Positions 21,501 through 31,971 of a DNA stretch of 64,000 bases are shown one piece after another; position 1 is the stretch's first letter; the number at the start of each line of letters is the position of its first letter. The notes under the pieces were generated by a model. It was not told where the DNA came from, did no database searches, and saw nothing but the letters and a program-made list of their open reading frames with translations. Source of the DNA: Hypanus sabinus (lineage: Eukaryota); contig NC_082707.1 in assembly GCF_030144855.1 (NCBI RefSeq), forward strand, positions 36,394,001 through 36,458,000. Reading direction: 5' to 3'. The position numbers and the translations under genes are program-made.

Positions 21501-24278
21501 AAGGTAAAAAAAAAATCGAAGTTCTAAATAAATGTTTTGGTCCTGAGAAAACGCAGGGAAGGTAGACAATAAGGTGTAAGGTCATAATGAGGTAAATTGT
21601 GAGGAGAAGATTCCATCTTACCATATTAAGGAAACACTTGGTAGCCTTATAACAGCTGAACAAAAATTGTCCTTGAGCCTGATGGTATGCCTTTACTGGC
21701 TTTTGTATCTTCTGGGAGGGAGAAGGGAGAATATTGAGGGTGCATGGTGTCTGATTACACTGACTGCTCTCTAAAGGAAGCAGGAAATGCAGAGAGAGTC
21801 CGTAGAGGGAAAGCCAGTTTCCATGATCTGCTGAGCTACGTGTATAACTCTCTGCAGTTCCTCGTGGTTACATGCCGAGCTGTTGCCAAGCCAAGCTGTG
21901 ATGTATCCAGGAAGGATGCTTTCTATGTTGCTTTGATAGAATTGGTGTGTGTCAAAGAGTACATACAAATTTCTTTAGCTTCTGGAGCATGCAGAGATGC
22001 TGGTGAGCTTATATCAATGTGGTGGCCCAGGACAGGCTGATTGTGATGTTTACTCCTCAACCCTCTCAACTCAGCATCACTGATGTAAACAACAGCATGT
22101 ACGACCAATCCTTCTCCCCTGTTCCCAGAAGTCATTGATCAGCTCTTTTGTTTTTCCGACATTGAGGGAACGATTGTTGTCATGACAGAGTGTCTCTATG
22201 TCCCTCCTTCCCTCTGACTAATCGTCATTTGGCATATGGCCCACTGCAGGGACGTCACTTGCAGATGGAGTTAGAGCAGGGTCAGGCCATGCAGCCATGA
22301 GTGTATGGGACAGAGTGGACAGCTGACGATGCAGCTTTGTGTTGCCGTTAATCATGGCGGAGGTGTTCAGAATCATTTATAACTTCACCGGCATATGTTG
22401 CGTTGTCTTTACATAATAATAAAAAGGAGTGGTGAGTTATAGTAAGTATAGATACTGTATATTAAATGGTTAAAATAAATAAGTAGTGCAAAAATAGAAA
22501 TAAAGAGTAACAAGGCAGTGTTCACAGGTTCATTGTCCATTCAGAAATCAGATGGCTGAATGGAAGAAGCTGCCCCTGAATCGTTGACTTTGTGCCTTCA
22601 GGCTTCTCTACCTCCTTTCTGATGGTATTAATGGGAACAAGGGATGACCTGGGTGATGGGGATCCTTAATGATGAAGCCACCTTTTTGAGGCATCACTCT
22701 TTGAAGATGTGGAGGCTAGTGCCCATGATTGAGCTGACCAATTTTAGAACTCTCTGCAGCTTATTTCAATCCTGCGCAGTAGCCCCCCCCCCCCCCCCAC
22801 TCCATACCAGACAGTGCTAATGCTTATTGATTGTGGTCTGTTAGTCAGGAAACCAAGGATCCATTTATAAAGTGATGTGTTGAGTTCCAGGTCTAGGAGT
22901 TTGGAGATCAATTTGCTTGGAATTGTAATATTGAAGGCTGAGCTGCATCCCTCTGCTTTACCTCATACTGCATAATGTCCATTGTTGCACTGGTGAATGC
23001 AGAGACCCTCCAGATTCCTTCAAACGCAGTAATTACAAAGCCTTTCTCTATAAGTTTTAGCAAATCTTCTTAATCAGACCAATTCCCTTTTTCCTCCAAT
23101 AAGCCTGCACCCTGTCAGTAATGTTCATTATATCTGGAGCCCAGTCCAGGAAATGTCATGTACACAGATCCAGAGCAGGGTCAGATCATATTTCTACTTG
23201 TGCCTTTATCCAAACATAAAGTCTCATCATAAAGGGAGAAAGGCAGTAGAAATATTTAACGGGCAAAGCAACACTTGTGATGAAGAAAAAACACAGGTAA
23301 TAGTTTGACTCAATGATAATTCATCAGTTCCGACTGACGTGCTGAATGTCCGTAGTTTTCAGATTTCAGGAGTATGCTGCATTTTCCTTTTGGATAAAAT
23401 TTGGCCATGTCTATTCAAAGTCATATTTTTCAGAGTGTAATTGCAGCTGGAAAGGTTGTCATTTATTGCTTATCCATAGCTGTTCTTTAGGAGTGGTGGT
23501 CAGTCCTCTTCTTGAACCATCAATTCTTCTGGTTAAAGTAAGAGTTGAGGAAGTCCCAGGAAGTGTTATAGCTCTCCTACCAGCCCAGGTTGTTACCAAT
23601 TGTACTCCAGACTTGTACAGATCTAAGTGATGTGTGAAGATCACTCAGGATTTGACAATGATGCATTCTGGAATCAGGTTATTGATAAGATGTTAGTTTA
23701 GTTCTATGTGTTGTTAAAAAGCATTTTTCAGTAATGAAGAAGCAGCAATAGAATTGCAACCCAAACTGTTGAAAAGACAGAATGTTCTGGAGTGCAAACA
23801 CAAGCATTTTCAGAAGGTGGATGGTCATTTGAGAAGCTGGTGCATATCACAAGTACTGGCTGTGACCACTGATACCAGGCAGAAAAACTCTGAAGAGTAT
23901 TGGTAATGGCTGGGGTCACCCATCTTGTAAAGACACTGCCCAGAAGAAGGCAATGGCAATCACTTTGGTAGAAAAATTTGCCAAGAACAATCGTGGTCAT
24001 GGAAAGACCATAATAGCCCATGTCATACGGCATGGCACATGATGAACGAACGAACATGTGCAAACAGTTTAACAGGAATGCGCAGACTAAAGATCATTCT
24101 TACTTATATTCAATTTCTTTTGATTGTATTTCAGAAACCGAATGATCAAATTTCCACCGTGTTCTCTGTCGACTACGCTGTACTCCAGGTCCCCGAGAAA
24201 AATATTCGTCAGAACCTAACAACATCTGTTGCTTCCGATGATTCATACTATGCTACAATTATCTTTGCTCCTCAATAG
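3277..24278 (+). CDS. PDCD1: PD-1 (programmed cell death 1)-like receptor gene, spliced; 4 core exons plus 5 candidate exons
   Basis: IgV - stalk - TM - short exon - ITIM/ITSM exon architecture, all GT-AG, open frame throughout. Full model 3277-3303, 3407-3460, 3567-3597, 5333-5689, 7882-7922, 14088-14133, 14288-14458, 16770-16810, 24135-24278 = 912 nt. The 5' start is tentative. Confidence 0.85.
3407..3460 (+). CDS. PDCD1: Candidate signal-peptide exon ([18 protein letters not shown])
   Basis: Acceptor TCTCCCCTCTCTATAG, donor CTG|GTAACT, hydrophobic core; LQ..FL pattern resembles the end of human PD-1 exon 1 (VLQLGWRPGWFL). Confidence 0.45.
3567..3597 (+). CDS. PDCD1: Candidate 31-nt linker exon ([10 protein letters not shown])
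   Basis: Acceptor TTTTTCTTCTTATTTAG, donor CAG|GTAGTT; phase 0 to 1 links the signal exon to the phase-1 IgV exon. Confidence 0.4.
4405..5000. mobile_element. Old, degenerate Penelope-like fold-back remnant
   Basis: Diverged inverted termini (~4405-4490, ~4905-5000 with CTGATGAAG..TTGAAA) around an eroded PLE C-terminal remnant. Confidence 0.45.
5333..5689 (+). CDS. PDCD1: IgV domain exon of PD-1-like receptor
   Basis: Acceptor TTTTATTTGTAG, donor CTG|GTATGT, phase 1-1. B-strand Cys (IFC), [11 protein letters not shown]; Cys spacing 70 versus 69 in human PD-1; MSV..NDSG.Y.C as in PD-1; no MYPPPY; sequons NET, NFT, NHT, NDS, NIT. Confidence 0.93.
6665..7872 (-). mobile_element. CR1 LINE 3' end, interrupted by an L1
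   Basis: ORF 7495-7824 ([39 protein letters not shown]); tail near 6665. Confidence 0.9.
6723..7409 (+). mobile_element. 5'-truncated L1 LINE with 14-bp TSD
   Basis: L1 ORF2 C-terminus ([31 protein letters not shown]), G-rich UTR, A-tail; TSD AAGTCTGCTCCTCC at 6709-6722 and 7410-7423. Confidence 0.9.
7882..7922 (+). CDS. PDCD1: Candidate stalk mini-exon A ([14 protein letters not shown])
   Basis: TTTCAG acceptor (weak tract), strong donor GAG|GTGAGC, 41 nt phase 1 to 0, open; complements mini-exon B. Confidence 0.45.
8927..9460 (-). mobile_element. Tc1-type DNA transposon, internally deleted
   Basis: TIRs CACTCAGTGGCCACTTTATTAG and inverse, TA on both flanks; minus ORF 9138-9353 is a Tc1 N-terminal HTH ([27 protein letters not shown]). 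Confidence 0.9.
9504..9532. repeat. (TA)n microsatellite
   Basis: Direct reading. Confidence 0.95.
9820..11830 (-). mobile_element. CR1 LINE, internally deleted (ORF1 remnant, endonuclease, RT C-terminus, 3' tail)
   Basis: [27 protein letters not shown] (APE) and [13 protein letters not shown] (C-terminus). Confidence 0.85.
12230..12700 (-). mobile_element. Degenerate Penelope-like 3' end (purine-rich on +)
   Basis: Purine-rich low-complexity tract like those at 50600-50820 and 57540-57800. Confidence 0.45.
13330..13610 (+). mobile_element. RTE LINE 3' fragment
   Basis: [18 protein letters not shown] and HEDWRQLV, typical of the RTE C-terminus. Confidence 0.75.
14088..14133 (+). CDS. PDCD1: Candidate stalk mini-exon B ([15 protein letters not shown])
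   Basis: Acceptor TATTTACTGTTAACTAG, donor CAG|GTAAAT, 46 nt phase 0 to 1, NGT sequon; usable only together with mini-exon A. Confidence 0.45.
14288..14458 (+). CDS. PDCD1: Stalk and transmembrane exon
   Basis: Acceptor CCTTTTTTTTGTAG, donor AAG|GTGAGT, 171 nt phase 1-1; [44 protein letters not shown]. Confidence 0.92.
15040..15305 (+). mobile_element. Penelope-like 3' terminus
   Basis: Pyrimidine tract, then CAGTC-CTGATGA-AGGGTCTAAGCCT-GAAAC-AAA-GACTG (cleavage triplet mutated) and the standard tail. Confidence 0.75.
16770..16810 (+). CDS. PDCD1: Short cytoplasmic exon ([14 protein letters not shown])
   Basis: TGTTTACAG acceptor, TTC|GTAAGT donor; 41 nt phase 1 to 0, exactly the shift needed between the TM and last exons (human exon 4 is 35 nt with the same phases). 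Confidence 0.75.
17930..18180 (+). mobile_element. Ancient DeuSINE-like remnant
   Basis: GTAAAATATCCAAGGGC..GAATAGCAGTGGAGT and ATCTGGGCATGATCACAT..AAATTGGCAGCC resemble the Deu-domain consensus (from memory). Confidence 0.5.
18292..18536. mobile_element. Penelope-like fold-back insertion with 12-bp TSD
   Basis: ~85-bp near-perfect inverted arms; TSD CCTATTTTAATC at 18280-18291 and 18537-18548. Confidence 0.88.
18575..19062 (-). mobile_element. Rex1/Babar-type LINE 3' end
   Basis: Tail GACAGATACTTCATTGATCCC and C-terminal remnant; same subfamily as 51770-52135. Confidence 0.6.
19065..20570 (-). mobile_element. Degenerate Ty3/Gypsy (Sushi/Tf2-like) pol fragment: RT thumb, RNase H, integrase
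   Basis: [19 protein letters not shown]; EVDA..HPCAF..TDH; [21 protein letters not shown]; GYHPQINSQ; many frameshifts. Confidence 0.75.
20585..20930 (+). mobile_element. CR1 3' fragment
   Basis: [30 protein letters not shown]; same subfamily as 29315-29770. Confidence 0.85.
21430..22820 (-). mobile_element. Two adjacent Rex1/Babar-type 3' fragments
   Basis: [28 protein letters not shown] (DUF1891-like); second tail begins ~22370. Confidence 0.7.
23790..24055 (+). mobile_element. RTE-tailed SINE/LINE 3' fragment (second copy)
   Basis: Matches 150-396; (GAAC)n tail ends ~80 bp before the last PD-1 exon. Confidence 0.6.
24135..24278 (+). CDS. PDCD1: Last coding exon with ITIM and ITSM-like motifs
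   Basis: Acceptor TTGTATTTCAG; [36 protein letters not shown]; matches human VFSVDYGEL and TEYATIVF, with the same Y-to-Y spacing of 25. Confidence 0.93.
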   Translation, partial: KPNDQISTVFSVDYAVLQVPEKNIRQNLTTSVASDDSYYATIIFAPQ

Positions 24279-26852
24279 CAAACTGCAGGTGTGCAGAAAA
24301 CTACCGGTCATTACAGACAGAATTCTGTGTCTGGCTTAGTAATTATTTAGCTTTGTGAGATCTCAGACATTACATAATATAATCACATGACCTTCTTTTA
24401 TACTCCTTTTTACTCGAATATCTCATTTTAAGCCAAGAATGGGATTTTGACCATGAAGGGGAGTATATGCCTAGCCTGTACATTCCTAAATAAAAACAGT
24501 CAATGCTGGAAACAGTATTTTTGGAACAAGAAAAAGATTAAACATTTAATGATGAAGACCCTTCATCATACAGTCATTTTGTGGTCAGAAGAATTAACTA
24601 ATGCTGGGGAGAAGATGGAGTGTTTAAAAGCTGCAGCAAGGACATGTAGATTCCGTCAATGGCAACTTCAAGATGATTATCATTGAAGCTTCATTCATTC
24701 ATTCACAGACAGGTGGAACATACAGTTGCTGCCTCCAGCTTTCCTTATCCTTGGACCATAAAGATTACATATGTGACTCATGATCTCATAGATTGGGTGC
24801 TGGATTTCATTTTTATGGTTAAAATCCTGACTGATAACACTGCACATATTTGTAGCGCCTCTATGATTGAATGGAATTTTCATATAACAATGTCAAATAT
24901 TTTAAATATTCTTCACTTAACCTGAGATGTGCAGAATATAATAGATTGCAATAGATACCAGTTACTGTACACACCAGAGCACATTCAGATGATTTATATA
25001 AAAATACTGGAAATGTATCTGCACTTTGAAAGCTGTAAAATAGCATTCTGAAATTCAACATTGATATTACAGGTGCCCACACATTTAAAGAGTGCATCTG
25101 TGCTTCGAAAACTTAGTGATTTAATCAAGTCAATTAATGCAGTTTATGTTAGCCTGTATCTTTTGTAAGGAACCAGGTGTCTGAATTCTAACATTATGCT
25201 TGATAAGCTATAGCTCTCCTGAAAAGGTCTTCATTTTATAAAACCAACAAAATCATGTTTACCTTTTACCTTGAGCATCAAGCAGGAGTCCACGTTGCAT
25301 CATAATTAAAAATATCAAATTACAAGATACACAGTGATGTATTACAAAATAAATAATGAAAGAAGGACTGACCAGCAAGAAAGGCTTCATAAATTAGGAA
25401 ATTCCTCAGACTCACCCATACCTTTCCCAAAATTGTGATGGAAATACTATTTACAGAAGATTATGCAGCCCTTAGGGACACATTCCAAGTAATTCCTTGT
25501 GTAATAGCTGTTGCGCACAAACTGTGGGAAAGACTTGATGAAGGCTGGGAGTGTCTTATACAGCAAGGCCTATGATTGTTAGCCAATCTTCAAGGAATGT
25601 CCTCAGCAAGGAACTTCACCCACCACTGAGGCACACTATAAGTTCATGCACACTCAGTGCTTGGACTGACAGCTATCTGAATAATGGTCAAAAGTTGGGC
25701 ATTGCACTCACTTTTACAAACTGCCTTCCTTGTACTAAGGTTTTGTATAGAGCACTCATGTCAGTAAACATAGAGTCATTGTAAATGTTAGAAACTATGT
25801 GACTTTATATCTGCACTTTTGCTACTCTGATGTCATTGAAAAGTCCAATAGCAAGAACTCACATTCTGATTTAGCTAGTTGTATCAAAATATAAATGAAA
25901 ACGTGGTAAAAATGCTTTAGATTGCACTTGCTAACTATACAGATTGCAATCCTTACAAACACGTCAATTGTATTATTAATTAATTACATTCTTTAAGACA
26001 TGGGTTGCAATAGGATTCAAATATTTTGATACTTACGGCAATAGAATAATCTGTCCATGGACATTTAGTGTGTATGGTTTACAAGGAGATACCCTATGAG
26101 CAGATAGTTACGATTTCACATGTTCACTTTCTAAGAAATACTACTCACAATTGATTTACAAGATTTGAACAATATAAGAGATCCAAATTGAGAAATCTTT
26201 ATCTTTGAGAGCTAGAGCTATGGATAAGATCAGCTTAATGTCTAATGGTATACTGCTTGGTTTCCCTAAGTCTCACATGAAACACATCGCTGTGTTTGGG
26301 AGTCATTAATCAGAATAGTTTTTTTCACAAATCCATCCGTCCTGTGTTCCAGTAAGTCTTGGAAGATTGTACCAAATGTTCTGAGCAACGTATAGAATGT
26401 AAATAAAAGACAGCCTATTTATTAAATATATAGTGGGGGGGGGGATGCTGATGCAACAATGTAACCTCTTTCCATCATTAAATTTATTTAAAATGAGAAT
26501 ATTTGACTCTGTGGTGTTTTTGTTTAGAATAGTTATTTGTTCATTTTATTGACAAGACTTGCACTTATCTTCCATCCTTAATCTCCACTCAACTAAGAAT
26601 GCAGTTAAGAGTTAACCACATTGCTGGGACTGAAATGACATGAAGACCGTTATTCCTTTCCCTGAATGACATTGTCATTTGGCTTTTGAGTGATACTTGG
26701 GTTTGAGGTTATCATTACTGAGAGTTGTTTTTATTCCAATTCTAGGATTATTTAATTACCTGATTTTAACTGCCTCAGCTAATCTCATAGGATCTGAACT
26801 CACTCTGATTCTCATCTCCAGAATAATCTTTAGAATAAGGGAAGAACGTGCC

Positions 26853-29045
26853 TCATGAGCCTGATTGAGTTTTTTGAAGAGGTAACAAAAGAAATTGATG
26901 AGGGCAGGGCAGTGGATGTGGTCTACATGGACTTTAGCAAGGCACTTGACAAGGTTCCTCATGAGAGACTCATCCAGAAAGTCACGAGGCATAGGATAAG
27001 TGGAACCTTGGCTGTTTGGATAAAAAATTGGCTTAAAGGAAGAAAGCAGAGGGTTGTTGTGGAAGGAAAGTATTCTGCCTGGAGGTCGGTGACTAGTGGA
27101 GTGCCACAGGGATCTGTCCTGGGACCCCTGCTATTTGTGATTTTTATAAATGACCTGGATGTAGAGGCGGAAGGATGGGTGAGTAAGTTTGCGGATGATA
27201 TGAAGATTGGAGGAGTTGTGGATGGAGCTGTAGGTGGTCGAAGGTTACAAGAGGATATAGACAGGCTGCAGAGTTGGGCAGTAAAATGGCAGATGGAGTT
27301 TGATCTGGACAAGTGTGAGGTGATGCATTTTGGAAGGATAAACCAGAAGACTGAGTACAGGATTAATGGTCAGTTACTTAAGAGTGGGGATGAACAAAGG
27401 GACCTTGGGGTTCAAATCCACATGTTCCTCAAGGTCACTGCACAGGTTGATAGAGTAGTTAAGAAGGTCTATGGGTTGCTAGGCTTCATTAACAGGGGGA
27501 TTGAGTTCAAGAGTAGAGAGGTCATGTTGCAACTCTACAAATCTCTGGTGAGACTGCACTTAGAGTACAGGCAGTCCCCGGGTTACGTACGAGTTCCGTT
27601 CCTGAGTCTGTCTTTAAGTAGGATTTGTCTGTAAGTCAGAACAAGTTCATCCAGTATTATTTAGCGTCAGTAAGTCAAACGTTTGTCTTAGTATAAAGTA
27701 CATATTTTACCTTTCTATGCATACAAAACACTTAAGAAACATATGTATTCCAATAATTAAACTACTGCATTGCTTAGTAATAATTGTAGCTTTCATCGGG
27801 GCAGGGCCTTTCACATGCTCCATTATTCTCATTTTACCCGTTATCCTTTAAAATTGTTCTGATCGGTGACCAACTGTAGCCTAATACGTTTCCAATGACT
27901 GATGGTGTTTCACCTCTTTCCGATCACTTTATTATTTTCACTTTATTTTCAATCAAGATCGCTTCCCATCAATGGAACAGAAACACTGCAGGTGGTGGGT
28001 CCCGAGCTGCGCCGGCTCCCGAGGTCCGCTGGGTCCTAAGGACCACCGTACTGAGACAGGCTAAATGGGACAAGTGGGGGTTGTGCTTGGTTTGGATATT
28101 AGATCCTCCACAATATTCCACATGGGTATTTAAACTGGAGGTGGCAGTGTTTTCTTTAGGAGGTTGAGTTGCGAACTCAACATCAACCCAGCACGGATGG
28201 TACTGGAGTCCCTGGATCGACATCAACCCGGTACAGGAGTGGACTGTCACTGGATCGAACCTCCGTTCTCGAGGCCCAGCGCTGATCTCACTGCGACACC
28301 ATCCGACCAGAACAGAGGAGGGGGGCCGGGTCAGGGTGAATCTTACTAAGAAAAATTTAAGCCAAATACAAAGTTAAACACTCAACACAATGTCAACGGC
28401 AATGACTTAAAATGGTGGACGGCATCACGATCCAACTTAAAATGGCGGACAGTGTTCTCCTTCCTCGGTTTGTAAGTACGAGTTGGCCGTAAGTCAGACG
28501 TTCGTAACTCCGGGACTACCTGTACTGTGTTCAGTTCTGGTCACCTCATTATAGGAAGGATGTGGAAGCTATGGAGAAGGTGCAGAGGAGATTTACCAGG
28601 ATGTTGCCTGGTTTGGAGAACAAGTCACATGAAGCAAGGTTAGCAGAGCTGGGACTTTTCTCTTTGGAGCGTAGAAGAATGAGGGAGGACTTGATAGAGG
28701 TCTACAAGGTTATGAGAGGCATAGGTAGGGTGGATAGTCAGTATCTGTTTCCCAGGGCACCAATAGCAAACACCAGAGGGCATAGGGAGGGAAGTTTAGG
28801 GGAGACATCAGGGTTAAGTTTTTTACACAGAGGGTTGTGAGTGCCTGGAATGACTTGCCAGGGATGGTGGTGGAGGCTAAAACATTAAGGGTATTTAAGA
28901 GCCTCTTGGACAGGCACACGGATGAAAGTAAAATGGAGGGTTATGGGGTAGTGTGGGTTTAGTACTTTTTTTAAGGATTATATGGGTCAGCAGAACATGA
29001 AGGGCTGAAGGGCCTGTACTGCGCCGTAGTGTTCTATGGTTCTAA
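26853..29045 (+). mobile_element. CR1 LINE RT to 3' end, interrupted by a MITE
   Basis: ORF 26855-27634 with [30 protein letters not shown]; resumes in register (HLEY|CVQFW) at 28525. Confidence 0.95.
27568..28522. mobile_element. Non-autonomous Tc1/mariner-superfamily (pogo/Tigger-like) element
   Basis: 24-bp imperfect TIRs CAGGCAGTCCCCGGGTTACGTACG / CGTTCGTAACTCCGGGACTACCTG; TA duplication at 27566-67 and 28523-24. Confidence 0.88.
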
Positions 29046-29314
29046 TAATGGCTTTAGTCCAGCAATTTAACCACTGTGTAATCATGCCTAAATTTTATGG
29101 CAATGCTAAGTATTGTTCTTTGTTTTCTTTGATTTGTAGTTATTTCCAGTGAGGAAACTGTGTCTCTTCTGTTGTGCATTTTAAAAGTCAATCTTCATAT
29201 TTCCCACCTTCTTCCATGAACTGCCCACAACAGCATTGCTGAATGTATAAACTTCAGCCTTCGGCTTTAGACCTGAAAGTTTCCTGTCTTCCAAATGTAT
29301 ATTTCCTTGAAATG

Positions 29315-29770
29315 GCTTGTCATATGAAGAGTATTTGATGGCTCTGGGCCTGTATTCACTAGAATTCAGAACAATGAGGGGTGACATCATTGAAACCTAT
29401 TGGATAGTGAAAGGCCTTGATTGAGTGGATGTGGAGAGTCACATGGTGTAAGAGTCAACAACCAGAGGACACAGCCTCATAATAGAGGGGCGAACTTTTA
29501 GAACGGAGATGAGGAGGAATTTCTTTAGCCAGAGAGTGGTACATCTGTGGAACTTGTTGCCACAGGCAGCTGTGGAGGCTAAGTCTTTATGAATGTTTAA
29601 GATGGAGGTTGATAGATTCTTTATTGGTCAAGGCATGAAGGGATACGGGGAGAAGGCAGAGGATTGATACAGGGGCTGAGAGGAACAATGGATCAGCCAT
29701 GATGAAATGCTAAACATTCTCAATGGGCCAAATGGCCTAATTCTGCTCCCATATTTTATGGTCTTATGGA
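29315..29770 (+). mobile_element. CR1 3' fragment
   Basis: GAAGAGTATTTGATGGCTCTGGGCCTG..TTTAGCCAGAGAGTGGT, tail TTATGGTCTTATGG. Confidence 0.85.
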
Positions 29771-30604
29771 AACAATTACATGATTCGAGATTGTTCAACT
29801 GCATCATGGTTGAATTTCATCTCACCTCTAAGTGATTCTGGTTCTGTAACCATTCAATACTAAAAATTAATTTGTCCCAAAGTTTTCAAATTTTCAGTTG
29901 GCTTGGCATTCCCTTTTTGGCGAAAGAAATTCGAGATTTCTGCTATGAAGATATGTTGCCTGACATTATCCAGAAAGACTAGTCTTACATTTAAGGTTAT
30001 CCCACTTTGTTCGGGCTTTGCTCTGTCCCCACTGAGAACTCTTTTCATCATTTTAAACAATTCCACCTTTTCATCTCAAAATGGCTGAGTTATTTCTGAT
30101 AAGATAGTAGGATGACTGTGGAACCAGGGCTTGGAGGAAGAGAAAGAAGAAGAAATTATTTAGAGGAACATCATACTGGTTGTATGACAACCATCTTATC
30201 TGCTGCCAACATCTTCCACCCTTGACAATGTTGAATTTTATTCTTGGTCCTCTTTAAAATCAACCGTAACATCAAACTCTTCTTTTTAGTGTGACATTTG
30301 CTAGGATTTTGAACATTTCTTGCATATAGTATATTAGATAAACATCTTAAGTAGTTAAAGACAACCTCACAATTGTGGTTGAGTTTTGTTCTACCAAACA
30401 GTCAATGTAAACCTGTTACACGAACAAAGCCACTATATTCCAGTAAATGCACTGTACTATTCTACATAATCTATTTTGCTGCAACAGCAATAAGTTCTGT
30501 AGTGCTTGGTGTTTTAAAACAAAATTGAAATAAGAGAGAAACTGAGTTTGTTCACTATATAAAGACAACTGTAATTTCTTTGTCTTTTGATAATACTACT
30601 GCCT

Positions 30605-30930
30605 CGTTTGCTTATGCCTGCCAAGTTGCACATCAACACCCTTACAATGACCTGCCTTTTTCGCTTATGTCTGCCAAGATGCACATCAACATACTGACAA
30701 TGGCCTGTTCTGCTTTTTGGAAAGGGGCAAAAAGACTTTTATTGTAGATAGGAAGGGTAAATGTGGAAGTATTTCTGTAGGTCACCTTAAATCAGCCTAC
30801 TAAGACCTGGATGGTTCCACTATCCAGCACAACCCTGGATGAAATGGAGGCACCTGTTGTTACTCCAATCAAGGACCCGAGCTCCAGACATACTCACAGT
30901 GCTGGTTTTGGTGAATTTGGGGGTGGGGGC
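30605..30930 (+). mobile_element. Ty3/Gypsy integrase C-terminal (GPF) remnant with internal ~52-bp duplication
   Basis: Decayed GPF..LERG.KTFIVDRKG..ISVGHLKSAY, followed by a G-rich PPT-like tract ~30918-30930. Confidence 0.55.
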
Positions 30931-31689
30931 TGGTTTGTGTAGAGTAATGTAATGGGTGAAAGATGGCACATATTGTTCATAATAGAAACTGTTCTACATA
31001 ATTCACAAAATGACATCATTGAGTTGCTGTGTTCACTTTAACAGACAGTGTTTGATATAGTGACTTCAGCATAAGTGACTGATTTTGTAAAGGGCTGTAG
31101 CTTTTGTTAATCACATAAAGCTACCCTAGCATGTTTTATTCATGAAATCTCACAACACTTCTAGCATGATCTTAGGCTAGGTGTTCTTGAAGTGCGTCAC
31201 AAAGAGATGCAAAGGTTAGGCAGTCTGCCTGCCAAATGAGTACGTCCCCTAATCTCATTATACATTAGCATATTCACCTAACTTCTGATGGATTTATACT
31301 ATTAAATATTCAAATAAGCTGACTAAGAAAACATCAGCACAGACAACTGAATGTCCAAAATTTATTCCATTGTAAAAACGGCACAACCCTACAGGTGGAA
31401 ATCCCACCTCCCACTACCACTGCAACTTTTCTACATTTTGTATAAATTCGTAAATTCATAGCAAACATGTTTCCTGTTTGAAATTGCTGTGGTTTCAATG
31501 AGGTTCTTTTTCCAGGCAGGAAGGGAGTGGGGTGTGCCAATGAAATGTATTACTTATCTTTCCTGTTTTGAGGCCTTATTGTGCAGCTGCATTTGTATAT
31601 CAGCAAGACCCCATCCCCAGTAAGAAAAGAGTCTGAGTGGCTAATCACAGAAAGGAACGGTGGGGAACACAGAACAGTCCTCACTGAGG

Positions 31690-31935
31690 GGCCAGTGGTG
31701 AAAGGTTGGGCAGCTGTAAATTTGTGAGTGTTAACATCTCCTTGTATCTGCTCTGGCCCTACCCCACTGATGTAATCATGAGGAAGGCATGCCAGCAGCT
31801 CTACTTCATTCAGTGTTTGAGGAGATTTCATGTGTCACCAAAGACCTTTGCAAATTTTTATAGAAGCATGCTGAAGAGCATTCTAACTGGTTGCATCACT
31901 GTCTGGAGCATCCAATGCACAGGATCACAAGAGAG
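31690..31935 (+). mobile_element. Rex1/Babar-type fragment
   Basis: QQLYFIQCLRRF..KSILTGCITVW; truncated at the Gypsy junction. Confidence 0.75.
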
Positions 31936-31952
31936 TTACCGAGTTATAAGTG

Positions 31953-31971
31953 TGGGGGCTACATTCGGGAT
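31953..31971 (+). other. Primer binding site, tRNA-Pro-like
   Basis: TGGGGGCTACATTCGGGAT versus canonical TGGGGGCTCGTCCGGGAT. Confidence 0.65.

Noticed and set aside
24489-26407. AATAAA at 24489 and 26402 as the PD-1 polyadenylation signal
   Set aside because: The first borders a PLE remnant and the second is in AT-rich sequence; cannot choose without 3' end data.
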